In this document: piece by piece, positions 11,060 to 20,317 of the stretch | Layout: each line of letters begins with the position of its first letter | Numbering within the stretch: the first letter of the stretch is position 1 | Assembly: GCA_963725885.1 (NCBI GenBank) | Contig: CAVSAH010000006.1 | Coordinates: 21,828-85,827 of the forward strand | Direction: 5' to 3' | DNA: 64,000 nucleotides | From: an uncultured Chloroflexia bacterium | GTDB taxonomy: Bacteria; Chloroflexota; Limnocylindria; QHBO01 | Notes under the pieces: model-generated | Database searches by the model: none | Seen by the model: the letters and a program-made list of their open reading frames with translations, nothing else | What the model was told of the DNA's origin: nothing | Translations under genes and position numbers: made by a program

Positions 11060-11687
11060 CTAGTTGGCCGCAGCCGCGACCGTCGGTGCGCGAAGCATGA
11101 GCCAGCCGTGGATGTCGGTATCGGGAAGGTCGAGCTCCTCGACCACGTCGAACCCGAGGCGCTCGTAGAGCAGGACGTTGCGGGCAACCGCGGTCTCGAG
11201 GTACGCGGGGGTTGCGGTCGCGTCGGCTCGCAGGAGCACCGGCCGAATGAGCGCCGTGCCGATCCCCTGGCCCTGGCGCGCGGGGTCGACGCCTACCGCC
11301 GAGAGGTAGAAGTGGCGCCCCGGCACATGGGCGTGGCGACGTGCGTCCAGGGCGTCGATCACGCGTGAGATCCTCCGCAGGTGCCCGTACCCTCCGGCGA
11401 GGCGGGCGAGCGACGGCATCATGCGGCACGCTGCCGACTAATCCGGCCCCGCCGTACCCGGGCGGGTGCCAGAGCGCCGCCCCGGCGTGATCATGGGTGG
11501 TGTAGGTGGTGGACAGCCCATCCGATGCATGCCGCAGCAGGCCCATCCACCCGACGCGCATCCGTTCGCTCCGCTCGGGAGCGTCCCCCGCGAGGTACCC
11601 GAAGAACGGGTCATGGGCGAACGCGCGGGCCAGCATCGCCGCAAGTGGCCCGATGTCATCCGCGATGGCGAGGCGGACCTCGGTCAT
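11060..11687 (-). CDS. GNAT family N-acetyltransferase, frameshift near 11390
   Basis: N-terminus MTEVRLAIADDIGPLAAMLARAFAHDPFFGYLAGD (ORF 10995..11687). C-terminus HFYLSAVGVDPARQGQGIGTALIRPVLLRADATATPAYLETAVARNVLLYERLGFDVVEE (ORF 11060..11422). Confidence 0.55.
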
Positions 11688-11731
11688 GACGCCCCGATTG
11701 TGCGCCTCGCTGCCGCGCGTATCCTTGCCGC

Positions 11732-12601
11732 ATGGCGCTGTACGAGCTCGCGGACACTCCCGACCTTGACGCCCCGGTGATGGTGGCCGCCCTGGAGGGC
11801 TGGGTCGATGCCGGGGGCGCCGGGACGACCGCCGCGAGCCAGCTCGCCGGCGACGGCACCGTGGTCGCGACGTTCGACGCGGACGCGATCTACGACTACC
11901 GCGCTCGGCGTCCCACGCTCGACATCGTCGACGGGCGTCCGCGCTCCCTCGACTGGCCGGCCCTCGAGGTCCGCGCGGTGCGGGTCGGGGAGCGGGACCT
12001 CGTCGTCCTGGTCGGACCGGAGCCCGACTACCGCTGGCGTGAGCTCAGCGCGTCGATGGTCGAGGTCGCCCGCCACCTCGGCGTCGCGAGCTGGGCCAGC
12101 CTCGGCGCGATCCCGGCGGCCGTGCCGCATACCCGGCCGGTGCCGATCCTCGCGACCGCATCGGTCTCCGGGCTCCTTCCGGAGGGAATTCGGCAGGGCC
12201 CCGATGGGCTGCTGCGCGTCCCGTCGGCGTGCCTGTCGGTGCTCGAGCTGGCCGCTTCGTCGGCCGGCATCCCCGCGGTCGGCTTCTTCGCCCAGGTCCC
12301 GCACTACGTGAACGCCTCGTACCCGGCGGCTTCCATCGCTCTGCTCAATGCGTTGGGCCGATATCTCGGCATCGATCCGCCGGTCGGGCAGCTCGCGACC
12401 CGCGCGCTCGAGCGTCGCAACCTGCTCGACGCCGCCACGGCGAGCGACGACGACACGAAGGCCCACGTGGAGCGCCTCGAGCTCCTCGCCGACGAGGCGC
12501 GGCTTCCCGAGGGCGACGAGCTCATCGCCGATATCGAGCGATTCCTTCGCGAGGGCAGCCCCGACGACGAGGGCGGTGACGGCGGCACGCGGCTCCATTG
12601 A
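11732..12601 (+). CDS. PAC2 (proteasome assembly chaperone-like) family protein
   Basis: Intact 289-aa ORF: MALYELADTPDLDAPVMVAALEGWVDAGGAGTTAASQL..LVGPEPDYRWRE.., typical of the actinobacterial PAC2 family. Confidence 0.6.
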   Translation: MALYELADTPDLDAPVMVAALEGWVDAGGAGTTAASQLAGDGTVVATFDADAIYDYRARRPTLDIVDGRPRSLDWPALEVRAVRVGERDLVVLVGPEPDYRWRELSASMVEVARHLGVASWASLGAIPAAVPHTRPVPILATASVSGLLPEGIRQGPDGLLRVPSACLSVLELAASSAGIPAVGFFAQVPHYVNASYPAASIALLNALGRYLGIDPPVGQLATRALERRNLLDAATASDDDTKAHVERLELLADEARLPEGDELIADIERFLREGSPDDEGGDGGTRLH

Positions 12602-12825
12602 GCGCCGACCTCTCGACGCGCGCCCACCGCACCGCTATGCTCCAGCGCATCGTGACCGCTGAACTCCGCTGCGCCCCAGGTTGCTCCTGTTCGTAGGCGG
12701 GAGGAGCTCCGCTCCCCGCCAATCGGTTGCGCGCATCGGTCAGCCGTCCGCTCGTCGCTAAGAGGCTCCTCCTCCCGCCACCAGGCGTTCCTCCTTCCTT
12801 CCGCCTGCCTGCAGGAGCCCGCGAC

Positions 12826-13557
12826 ATGTCCACATCCCTCGGTGCAGCCGATGCGTCCGGCATCCGCACCGCCGATCCCTATCGCGACATCGACGTCATC
12901 GACGCCCGTGCCCCGCGGTTCAACCAGGCCACCGTCGGCATCGTCTCGCTGATCGCCGTCCTGAGCGGCTGGTGGCCGCTCCTCGGCGTGCTCGCCGCGC
13001 AGCTCGGCATCGGCCTCCGCTTCGGCAGGCGTTACTGCCTGCCCTGCGTCGCGTACTTCGAGCTCGTCCAGCCGCGCGTCGGCGAGGGACCGATCGAGGA
13101 CTCCCGCCCGCCGCGGTTCGCCAACCAGGTCGGCTTCGTGGTGCTCTCGGCCGCGACGCTGGCGCACCTCGTCGGGCTCACGGCCGTCGGCAACGGCCTC
13201 GGCCTCCTCGTGGCCGGGCTGGCGCTGCTGGCCGCGGCCACCGGCCTCTGCGTCGGATGCGAGATGTACCGCATCGGCGCGCGGCTGCGGGGGATCCGCG
13301 GGCGCTCGATCGATCGGGTCGAGCTGTCCGAGCTCGGTGCGCCCCCGCAGGCCGGCGAGCTCGTCGTCGCGTTCAGCCACCCGCTGTGCACCGATTGCAG
13401 GGACGTGCTTGCCGATCTCGCCGCGGGCAAGGTCCCGTTCGTGAGCGTCGATGTCCGCGACCGCCCGGACCTTGCGCGCAAGTACGGCATCGCCCTGGTG
13501 CCGACGGTGCTGCGCGTCGCGGGAGACGGTCGGGTCATGCGCCAGGAAGCCGGCTGA
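12826..13557 (+). CDS. DUF4395-like membrane domain fused to a C-terminal thioredoxin/glutaredoxin-like domain
   Basis: ATG at 12826 is preceded by GCAGGAG. ..RFNQATVGIVSLIAVLSGWWPLLGVLAAQLGIGLRFGRRYCLPCVAYFEL..FANQVGFVVLSAATLA.. The C-terminus has SHPLCTDCRDVL..PFVSVDVRDRPDLARKYGIALVPTVL. Confidence 0.5.
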   Translation: MSTSLGAADASGIRTADPYRDIDVIDARAPRFNQATVGIVSLIAVLSGWWPLLGVLAAQLGIGLRFGRRYCLPCVAYFELVQPRVGEGPIEDSRPPRFANQVGFVVLSAATLAHLVGLTAVGNGLGLLVAGLALLAAATGLCVGCEMYRIGARLRGIRGRSIDRVELSELGAPPQAGELVVAFSHPLCTDCRDVLADLAAGKVPFVSVDVRDRPDLARKYGIALVPTVLRVAGDGRVMRQEAG

Positions 13558-13584
13558 GCGGGTCGACGGCGCGCGCGCTGCGGT

Positions 13585-13712
13585 TTGCACCCGGTGCAAC
13601 CAACGGCCACGTTGGGCCCGCGGCCTGTCCCGCCCGTGCAGCTCGCGGCACATACCAGCAGTGTGGGCGCCCCATCCGGGCTCGGGTTGGCCGTTGGTTG
13701 CATCCCATGCAA
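13585..13712. repeat. MITE-like intergenic repeat, copy A. The 14-bp inverted termini are 13595-13608 (TGCAACCAACGGCC) and 13689-13702 (GGCCGTTGGTTGCA), each next to a TTGCAnCnnnTGCAA palindrome.
   Basis: Inverted repeats and palindromes TTGCACCCGGTGCAA (13585-13599) and TTGCATCCCATGCAA (13698-13712) read directly from the sequence. A related copy lies at 15611-15722. Confidence 0.6.
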
Positions 13713-13751
13713 GCCGTCCGCCGCCGCGCGACCATCGCGTAGCCTTCGTGC

Positions 13752-14291
13752 GTGCGCCACCACATCCGCCTCGCCGATCCGGACCGCGACGCCGACGCGG
13801 TGGCTGCGATCTACGCCCTCGCGGTCACGTCGACCACGGCCACGTTCGAGGAGGTCCCCCCCGACGCCGCCGAGATGGCGCGTCGCATTGAAGCCGTGCT
13901 GCCGCGCACGCCGTGGCTCGTGGCCGAGGCCGATGGCGCGGTGATCGGCTATGCCTACGCGGCGCTGCACCGTGAGCGTCCCGGGTATCGCTGGTCGGTC
14001 GACGTCTCGGTGTATGTCGATCCCGCCCGCCACGGACGGGGCGTCGGACGTACCCTCTACGACGACCTCATCGAGCGGCTGCGCACGCAGGGCTACGTGA
14101 ACGCCTATGCCGGGGTCGCGCTGCCAAACCCGGCGAGCGTGGCGCTCCACGAGGCCATCGGCATGCGGCGCATCGGCGTCTACGAGCGCGTCGGATGGAA
14201 GTTCGGCGCGTGGGTCGATGTCGCGTGGTACGGGATGCGCCTGGCGGAGCCGGGCACACCGCCGGCCGAGCCGACGCCACCGTCGCGGTGA
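13752..14291 (+). CDS. GNAT family N-acetyltransferase (phosphinothricin-acetyltransferase-like)
   Basis: GTG start at 13752. Intact 179-aa ORF: HIRLADPDRDADAVAAIYALAVTSTTATFEEVPPD..GRGVGRTLYDDLIERLRTQGYVNAYAGVALPNPASVALHEAIGM. Confidence 0.6.
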   Translation: MRHHIRLADPDRDADAVAAIYALAVTSTTATFEEVPPDAAEMARRIEAVLPRTPWLVAEADGAVIGYAYAALHRERPGYRWSVDVSVYVDPARHGRGVGRTLYDDLIERLRTQGYVNAYAGVALPNPASVALHEAIGMRRIGVYERVGWKFGAWVDVAWYGMRLAEPGTPPAEPTPPSR

Positions 14292-14324
14292 TAACGACGA
14301 GACGAGCAGGAGGATGCAGGACTG

Positions 14325-14711
14325 GTGACGACGCCCACGACGAACATGGTCGACATTGCCGACATCGAGCCGATCCAGGTCTGGGAGGCAATCCGGGCGC
14401 GGCGGGTCGAGGGCGAGAGGATCACCCTGGCGATCGTCGAGCTCGACCCCAACGCCATCGCCCCGGAGCACACCCATCCGGCCGAACAGCACGGGATCGT
14501 GCTCAGCGGCGAGATTCGTTTTCGCGTCGGCGACGAGGAGCGGCTGCTGCACCCGGGTGGGACGTGGCGCATCCTGAGCGGCGTGCCGCACTCGGCAGTC
14601 GCGGGGCCCGAGGGTGCGGTGGTCATCGACGTCTTCAGCCCGACGCGTGAGGATTGGCACGCGCTCGAGGCGCTGGGGCTCTCGACGCCGCGCTGGCCGA
14701 CGGGGGATTGA
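14325..14711 (+). CDS. Cupin domain protein
   Basis: Intact 128-aa ORF: ..LDPNAIAPEHTHPAEQHGIVLSGEIRFRVGDEERLLHPGGTWRILSGVPHSAV. Confidence 0.6.
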   Translation: MTTPTTNMVDIADIEPIQVWEAIRARRVEGERITLAIVELDPNAIAPEHTHPAEQHGIVLSGEIRFRVGDEERLLHPGGTWRILSGVPHSAVAGPEGAVVIDVFSPTREDWHALEALGLSTPRWPTGD

Positions 14712-14744
14712 CTCTCCGGTTACCCGAGACTCCATCCTCGGATC

Positions 14745-15557
14745 ATGGATGAGCTTCTGCCGATCGGCCGATTCGCCCGCCTGAGCGGCCTGTCGATCGG
14801 CGCCCTGCGCCACTACCACGAGGTCGGCGTCCTCGAGCCTGCACGTGTTGACGCGACGACGGGGTATCGCTCGTACGCGCGCTCGCAGCTCGACGACGCC
14901 CGGCTCGTCGCCCGGCTCCGGGAGCTCGACGTCGCGCTGCCCGAGATACGGGCCGTTCTGGCAGCGGACGCCGATGGGCGCAGACGCCTGCTGGCGGCGC
15001 ATCGGTCACGCCTGTCGGCGCAGCTCACCCGCATCCAGCGCCAGCTCCACTGGCTCAACCAGACCATCGACCACGAGGTGCCGATCATGACCACCGCCAC
15101 TCCGACCGCCATCGATGCCGGAACGCACAGGGCCCTCGCGGTCGACCTGTTCAACCACGTCTGGACCCTGCTCGAGGTGCCGGCGCGCACGCCGATGCAG
15201 GACGACGAGATGATCCACGCGGCCCACGCGTCGAGGCATCACTGGGGCGTGGTGGGGGAGCCGGCCAACTTCGCTCGCGGCGAGTGGCAGTGCTCGCGGG
15301 TGTACTCGACCCTCGGCCATGCCGAGCCGGCGCTGTGGCACGCGCGTCGATGCCTCGCCATCTGCGAGGAGCACGGCATCGGCGACTGGGACATCGCGTT
15401 TGCCTGGGAAGCGGTGGCGCGGGCCGCGGCCGTGGCCGGGGACGCGGCCACGCGTGACGACGCGGCGCATCGGGCGCGAGAGCTGACCGTGGCCATCGCG
15501 GAGGACGAGGATCGGGAGCTCGTCCTGTCCGACCTGGCGACCATCCAGGGGGCGTGA
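14745..15557 (+). CDS. MerR family transcriptional regulator with C-terminal effector domain
   Basis: N-terminal helix-turn-helix LPIGRFARLSGLSIGALRHYHEVGVLEPARVDATTGYRSY. Intact 270-aa ORF. Confidence 0.65.
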   Translation: MDELLPIGRFARLSGLSIGALRHYHEVGVLEPARVDATTGYRSYARSQLDDARLVARLRELDVALPEIRAVLAADADGRRRLLAAHRSRLSAQLTRIQRQLHWLNQTIDHEVPIMTTATPTAIDAGTHRALAVDLFNHVWTLLEVPARTPMQDDEMIHAAHASRHHWGVVGEPANFARGEWQCSRVYSTLGHAEPALWHARRCLAICEEHGIGDWDIAFAWEAVARAAAVAGDAATRDDAAHRARELTVAIAEDEDRELVLSDLATIQGA

Positions 15558-15610
15558 CGCGCGCTGGCGGCGAGCACGATGCGGTCCATGCGATTGCGCG
15601 GGATGGCACT

Positions 15611-15722
15611 AACGGCCAAGTTGGGCCGCTGGCATGACCGCCATGTGCAGCCCATGGCACAGGCTGGCCAACAAGACGCCTGAATCAGCGCCTTCTTGGC
15701 CGTTGGTTGCACCGCATGCAAG
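15611..15722. repeat. MITE-like intergenic repeat, copy B. The right inverted terminus GGCCGTTGGTTGCA is at 15698-15711 with palindrome TTGCACCGCATGCAA at 15707-15721; the left arm AACGGCCAAGTTGGGCC at 15611-15627 is partly degenerate.
   Basis: Shares AACGGCCAnGTTGGGCC .. TTGGCCGTTGGTTGCAnCnCATGCAAG with copy A. Shadow ORFs on the opposite strand of both copies translate to shared peptides (CMGCNQRP / CMRCNQRP; GPTWPLV). Confidence 0.6.
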
Positions 15723-15810
15723 TGCTGGGAGCCGCACGCGCGAGAGAACCACGCCAACCCTGACGAAGCCGATGGACGGCGCCGACCGGCGGCCGTAGGC
15801 TGACCCCAGC

Positions 15811-17844
15811 GTGAGCACCTTCCGATATCGGCGCTGGGACGGCACCCAGCAGCTGCCCGCCTTCGACGCCGACGACGTCCTCGACGCGCTCGGGGACGAC
15901 GTGCTGGCCGAGGGGGACGTGCGGCGCGCGCTCCAGCGGCTCATGCAGCGAGGGATGCGCGGGACCCGCGGCGGCGACGTGGCCGGCCTGCGCCGGATCC
16001 TCGAACAGCTCCGGGCGCGGCGGCAGGCCGAGCTCGAAGAGTCGAACCTCGACTCGGTGCTCGGCGACGTCGAGCGACGCCTCGACGAGATCGTCGCGGC
16101 CGAACGCGCCGGGATCGAGCGCCGCGCGAAGGACGCGGAGCGACGCTCCCTCGACGCGCCTCCGGGACCGGATCAGGAGCAGGCGCGGCTCGCCGAGCAG
16201 GTGCTGCGCCGCACCGCCCGCCAGCGCGAGAACCGGCTGGACGCGCTGCCGCCGAACGCCGCCGGCCGCATCAGCGGCCTGCGCGACTACGAGTTCATGG
16301 ACGACGAGGCGCGGGACGCTTTCAACCAGCTCACCGACGAGCTGCGGCAACAGATGCTCGAGACCTACTTCGCCGGGCTCAAGGAGGGGGTCGAGCGCAT
16401 CACCCCCGAGGACCTCGACGGCGTCCGGGAGATGGTGCGCGACCTCAACGGGCTCCTGGAGAAGCACAGCACGGGCGCCGACGTGACCGATGACTTCAGC
16501 GCCTTCATGTCCAAGCACGGCCGCTACTTTCCGCCGGGCATCTCCACCGTGGACGAGCTCATCGAGCATCTTCACCGCCAGGCGTCGCAGATGGCGTCGC
16601 TGCTCAACAGCCTCAGCCCGCAGATGCGCGAGGAGCTGCGGTCGATGATGGACGAGCTGCTCCGCGACGATCGGCTGCGGATCGACATGGCGCGGCTGGC
16701 CGGCAATCTCCAGGCGGCGCGTCCCGACCTGCCCTACGGCGAGCCCTATCCATTCGAGGGCGGCGAGCCGATGGGCCTCTCCGACGCCCTGGCCGCGATC
16801 GACCGCCAGCAGCAGTACGACGCGATGGAGGAGGCGCTGACCTCGGCGCGCGACCCCGATTCGCTCGCGCAGGTCGATCCCGAGACCCTCCGCGATCTCG
16901 CCGGCGACGATGCCGTCGATGACCTCGACCGGCTGCACGAGCTCACGCGCACCCTCGAGGAGGCGGGCTATCTCAACCGCGAGGGTGGCCGCCTCGAGCT
17001 GACCCCGCGAGCGGCGCGCAAGCTGGGGATGCGCGCCCTGACCGACATCTTCAGCCGGCTGCGACGCGAGGGCTTCGGCGGACACGCGCTTCCGCTTGCC
17101 GGTCGTGGCGGCGAACCGACCGATGAGACGAAGCGCTACGAGTTCGGCGACCCGTTCGCGGTCGACATCAACCGCACCCTGTTCAACGCCATGGCGCGCG
17201 GCGGCCCGGGCACGCCGGTTCGCATCGGCGCGGAGGACTTCGAGGTCAACCGGACCGAGGAGACGACCACGTCCTCGACGGTCCTGCTGCTCGACATGAG
17301 CCGCTCGATGCTGCTGCGCGGCTGCTCATCGGCGGCGAAGAAGGTCGCGATGGCGTTGCACACGCTCATCCACACGAAGTACCCGCGCGACCGCCTGCAC
17401 GTCGTCGGGTTCGCGTACTACGCGCGCGAGCTGAAGCCAGAGAGCATTCCCACGCTGAGCCCGTACGAGTTCGAGTACGGCACGAACCTCCAGCACGCTC
17501 TGATCATCGCGCGGCGCCTGCTGGCCCGATCGAGCGGGGGCAACCGCGAGATCGTGGTCATCACCGATGGAGAGCCCACCGCCCACATCGAGGGCGGCCA
17601 GGTCGAGTTCGCCTACCCGCCCACGCTGCGCACGGTCCAGTCGACGCTGCGGGAGGTGGGCCGATGCACCCGCGAGGGGATCGTGATCAACACCTTCATG
17701 CTCGAGCGGTCGCGATACCTCTCCGAGTTCGTCGACCTCATGTCGCGCATCAACCGCGGCCGCGCCTTCTACGTGGAGCCCGAGCATCTCGGCGAGTACG
17801 TGCTCGTCGACTACGTCAGCAAGAAGACGAAGCGCGTCGCCTGA
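15811..17844 (+). CDS. von Willebrand factor A (VWA) domain protein with long N-terminal coiled-coil/acidic region
   Basis: Intact 677-aa ORF with GTG start. C-terminal VWA region: STVLLLDMSRSMLLRG..LHVVGFAYYARELK..REIVVITDGEPTAH. Confidence 0.6.
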   Translation: MSTFRYRRWDGTQQLPAFDADDVLDALGDDVLAEGDVRRALQRLMQRGMRGTRGGDVAGLRRILEQLRARRQAELEESNLDSVLGDVERRLDEIVAAERAGIERRAKDAERRSLDAPPGPDQEQARLAEQVLRRTARQRENRLDALPPNAAGRISGLRDYEFMDDEARDAFNQLTDELRQQMLETYFAGLKEGVERITPEDLDGVREMVRDLNGLLEKHSTGADVTDDFSAFMSKHGRYFPPGISTVDELIEHLHRQASQMASLLNSLSPQMREELRSMMDELLRDDRLRIDMARLAGNLQAARPDLPYGEPYPFEGGEPMGLSDALAAIDRQQQYDAMEEALTSARDPDSLAQVDPETLRDLAGDDAVDDLDRLHELTRTLEEAGYLNREGGRLELTPRAARKLGMRALTDIFSRLRREGFGGHALPLAGRGGEPTDETKRYEFGDPFAVDINRTLFNAMARGGPGTPVRIGAEDFEVNRTEETTTSSTVLLLDMSRSMLLRGCSSAAKKVAMALHTLIHTKYPRDRLHVVGFAYYARELKPESIPTLSPYEFEYGTNLQHALIIARRLLARSSGGNREIVVITDGEPTAHIEGGQVEFAYPPTLRTVQSTLREVGRCTREGIVINTFMLERSRYLSEFVDLMSRINRGRAFYVEPEHLGEYVLVDYVSKKTKRVA

Positions 17845-17849
17845 CCCTC

Positions 17850-18410
17850 CTAGGTCGCGGCCTTCCAGTCCGCGCGGTCGAGCGCCCACCACTCGACGTC
17901 GAAGTCGTGCCAGTGCGCCGTATCGCGACGGGTCAGCCCGAGCTTCTCCATCACGTGCCAGGACCTGCGGTTCTCCGGGATCGTGATGCTGATCAGCCGC
18001 GGGATGTCGAGCCGCCGGAACGCCCAGTCGCGGACGGCCATTGCGCCCTCGGTGGCGTATCCGCGGCCCCAGCGGTCCTGTTGCAGCGCCCACGCGATCT
18101 CGACCCGGTCGTCGCCCGCGGGCGAGTCGGGGTGATAGAGCAGGCCGATGCGCCCGACGAGCTCGCCTCCATCGCGCTCCTCGACCGCCCACATGCCGTA
18201 GCCGCGGGCGTCCCAGTGCATCGACATGCGGCCGACCGCATACGCCGTCTCCTCCAACGAAAGGGCGTCCGGCCGCCCGTGCCAGCGCATGACCTCCGGA
18301 TCGCCGTAGGCGCGGTGCAGCGCCTGCCAGTCGCCCGGGCGCCATTGGCGGAGCAGGAGACGAGGCGTCTCGAGCTCATCGGTGACCTCGAGTGGGGGAC
18401 CGACCCTCAT
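17850..18410 (-). CDS. GNAT family N-acetyltransferase (RimJ/RimL-like)
   Basis: Intact 186-aa ORF: ETPRLLLRQWRPGDWQALHRAYGDPEVMRW..GYGMWAVEERDGGELVGRIGL..RWGRGYATEGAMAVRDWAF. Confidence 0.65.
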   Translation of the reverse strand: MRVGPPLEVTDELETPRLLLRQWRPGDWQALHRAYGDPEVMRWHGRPDALSLEETAYAVGRMSMHWDARGYGMWAVEERDGGELVGRIGLLYHPDSPAGDDRVEIAWALQQDRWGRGYATEGAMAVRDWAFRRLDIPRLISITIPENRRSWHVMEKLGLTRRDTAHWHDFDVEWWALDRADWKAAT

Positions 18411-18667
18411 GAAGCGCCGCGACGCTCGTTGCCGCGCTTGAAGTTGCCGGTGGCGCGGGCCATGAGCTGCTGCGCGCCGGCCGGATCGGAGCCACCGATG
18501 CGGGTCGCGAAGCGCTCCGCAGACTGCCCGCGGAGCAGCGTCACCGGCGCGCCGTGATAGCGAATGACGACAGTGCCGTCCGCACGGGTCACGAAGCTGA
18601 ACGGCTCGCCGGCGAGAGGGTCCACGTCCGCCACCGCGGCACTGTACGTCCGCGGCGTGGGTGACAC
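18407..18667 (-). CDS. Small hypothetical protein (about 86 aa), translationally coupled to the downstream GNAT gene
   Basis: GTG start. VSPTPRTYSAAVADVDPLAGEPFSFVTRADGTVVIRYHGAPVTLLRGQSAERFATRIGGSDPAGAQQLMARATGNFKRGNERRGAS*. Its stop TGA overlaps the GNAT ATG. Confidence 0.4.
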   Translation of the reverse strand: MSPTPRTYSAAVADVDPLAGEPFSFVTRADGTVVIRYHGAPVTLLRGQSAERFATRIGGSDPAGAQQLMARATGNFKRGNERRGAS

Positions 18668-18676
18668 AATCGATCG

Positions 18677-19585
18677 GTGACGAGGCCGCTCAGGGTGGGG
18701 ATCCAGCTCCCCGAGGTCGAGCGCGTCGTGCGCTGGCCGGAGATCCGCGCCATGGCCGAGGCAGCGGAGCGCATCGGCCTCGACTCGGTCTGGGTCGGCG
18801 ATCACCTGCTGTATCGGGATCGCGGACCACAGCCGGTCGGCCCGTGGGAGGCGTGGACGCAGCTCGCGGCACTGGCCGCGGTCACGAGTCGCGTCCAGAT
18901 CGGCCCGCTGGTGGCGTCGACCAGCTTTCACAACCCGGCCATGCTGGCCACCAAGGCCGCGGCGGTCGACGAGATCAGTGGCGGCCGGTTGATCCTGGGC
19001 CTCGGCGCCGGCTGGAACGAGGACGAGTACCGAGCCTTCGGCTTCCCGTATGACCAGCGCGTGAGCCGCTTCGAGGAGGCGTTCACGATCATCCGGGAGC
19101 TGCTCCGCGATGGCCGCGCCGACCTTGACGGCCGCTTCTACCAGGTCCGTGACCTGCCGCGCGTTCCGCCGCCGGCCCGCGCCGGTGGACCGCCGCTGCT
19201 GATCGGGTCGACGGGGCCGCGGATGCTCGAGATCACGATGCCGCACGCCGATGCCTGGAACGCCTGGTTCGCGCAGTTCGGCAACAGCCTTGACGGCTAC
19301 CTGGAGCTGCGCGACCGCGTGGATGCGGCATGCCTGGCCGTCGGGCGCGACCCCGGGGAGGTCGAGCGCACCCTCGCGCTGCTGGTCGCCATGCCCGGAG
19401 CGGTCGGCCGTCCCGCCGGCGAACAAGGTGAACCGCAGCCGGACGCGATCCCGGTGGGATCGCTTGCCTCGAGGTTGCGCGCCTTCGCCGATGCCGGCGT
19501 CGGCCACGTCCAGCTCGTCCTCGACCCGATCACCGTCGAGGCCATCACCGCCCTGGCGCCGACCCTCGCCGCGTTGGACGGCTGA
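18677..19585 (+). CDS. Luciferase-like monooxygenase (LLM) class flavin/F420-dependent oxidoreductase
   Basis: GTG start. VGIQLPEVERVV..LDSVWVGDHLLY..LGLGAGWNEDEYRAFGFPYDQRVSRFEEAFTIIRELL. Confidence 0.65.
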   Translation: MTRPLRVGIQLPEVERVVRWPEIRAMAEAAERIGLDSVWVGDHLLYRDRGPQPVGPWEAWTQLAALAAVTSRVQIGPLVASTSFHNPAMLATKAAAVDEISGGRLILGLGAGWNEDEYRAFGFPYDQRVSRFEEAFTIIRELLRDGRADLDGRFYQVRDLPRVPPPARAGGPPLLIGSTGPRMLEITMPHADAWNAWFAQFGNSLDGYLELRDRVDAACLAVGRDPGEVERTLALLVAMPGAVGRPAGEQGEPQPDAIPVGSLASRLRAFADAGVGHVQLVLDPITVEAITALAPTLAALDG

Positions 19586-19605
19586 TACCATCGCGCCGAT
19601 GGAGC

Positions 19606-20012
19606 CCGCCACCGATCCCAGCCAGCCGAGCCTGCCGATCGGGCGATCAGCGCGACTCGAGGCGCTCGGGCTGGGCGTTGCTGGCGACCACGCGATCCTG
19701 GTCCGCGAGACCGGTGCCGGGCAACGCGGACGCGCCCTCCTGACCACCGACAAGCTGGCCGACGGCGAGCGCCTGGTCGTGATGCCGCTCGATCACGAGG
19801 TCGACGTCCGCGTCGACGGGGACGCCCTGGCAGTGCTGGCTCGGCGCCGGGTCCCTGGCGCAGCTTCCTCCCGATCAGGAGCCGATGCCCGCGCCGGGCG
19901 AGGTTCCGTGGTGGGCGACCGCGATCGGTGCGTTCCTGCTCATCCTGGTGCTCGCCTTTGCCGTCATCGGCTCGGCCGTGGCCTTCACCTGGCTGACGCG
20001 GCTCTTCTCGTG
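19606..20012 (+). CDS. Hypothetical protein with C-terminal transmembrane anchor, frameshift near 19850
   Basis: MEPATDPSQPSLPIGRSARLEALGLGVAGDHAILVRETGAG..VVMPLDHEVDVRVDGDALAVLA, then an alternate frame with PWWATAIGAFLLILVLAFAVIGSAVAFTWLTRLFS*. Confidence 0.35.
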
Positions 20013-20312
20013 AGCGACGCGCCGATCTCACCGGCGCCGACCGGGCTCGCCTCCATGCGCATCGGCCTGGAGTTCGGCAGCCTGGAGGGCTTCGGCGAGG
20101 TCCTCGAGCGCGCGCTGGCGCGCGGCGGCGAGCGGGGAGCGACGCTCGTCGCGAAGCTCGACATCGGCGATCTCGCCATCCACATTCCCCGGGTCGACGG
20201 GCCGTGCTGGAACTCGGTTCCGCTGGTCCACCTGCATCGGGGCGATCAGCCGACAGCCTCCGACTGGAGCACGACCGCCGGCGTCCTCGAGCGCCTCGAG
20301 CGCTACCGCTGA
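20011..20312 (+). CDS. Hypothetical protein (about 100 aa); its GTG start overlaps the upstream stop
   Basis: VSDAPISPAPTGLASMRIGLEFGSLEGFGEVLERALARGGERGATLVAKLDIGDLAIHIPRVDGPCWNSVPLVHLHRGDQPTASDWSTTAGVLERLERYR*. Confidence 0.35.
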
Positions 20313-20317
20313 GACCG

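Noticed and set aside
13032-15002. 656-aa ORF on the minus strand
   Set aside because: It lies antisense to three well-supported plus-strand genes (GNAT, cupin, MerR) and the two repeat copies. It is Arg/Ala/Pro-rich junk typical of shadow ORFs in about 70% GC DNA.
15685-17085. 466-aa minus-strand ORF
   Set aside because: It is the antisense shadow of the 677-aa VWA protein gene and has no domain-like sequence.
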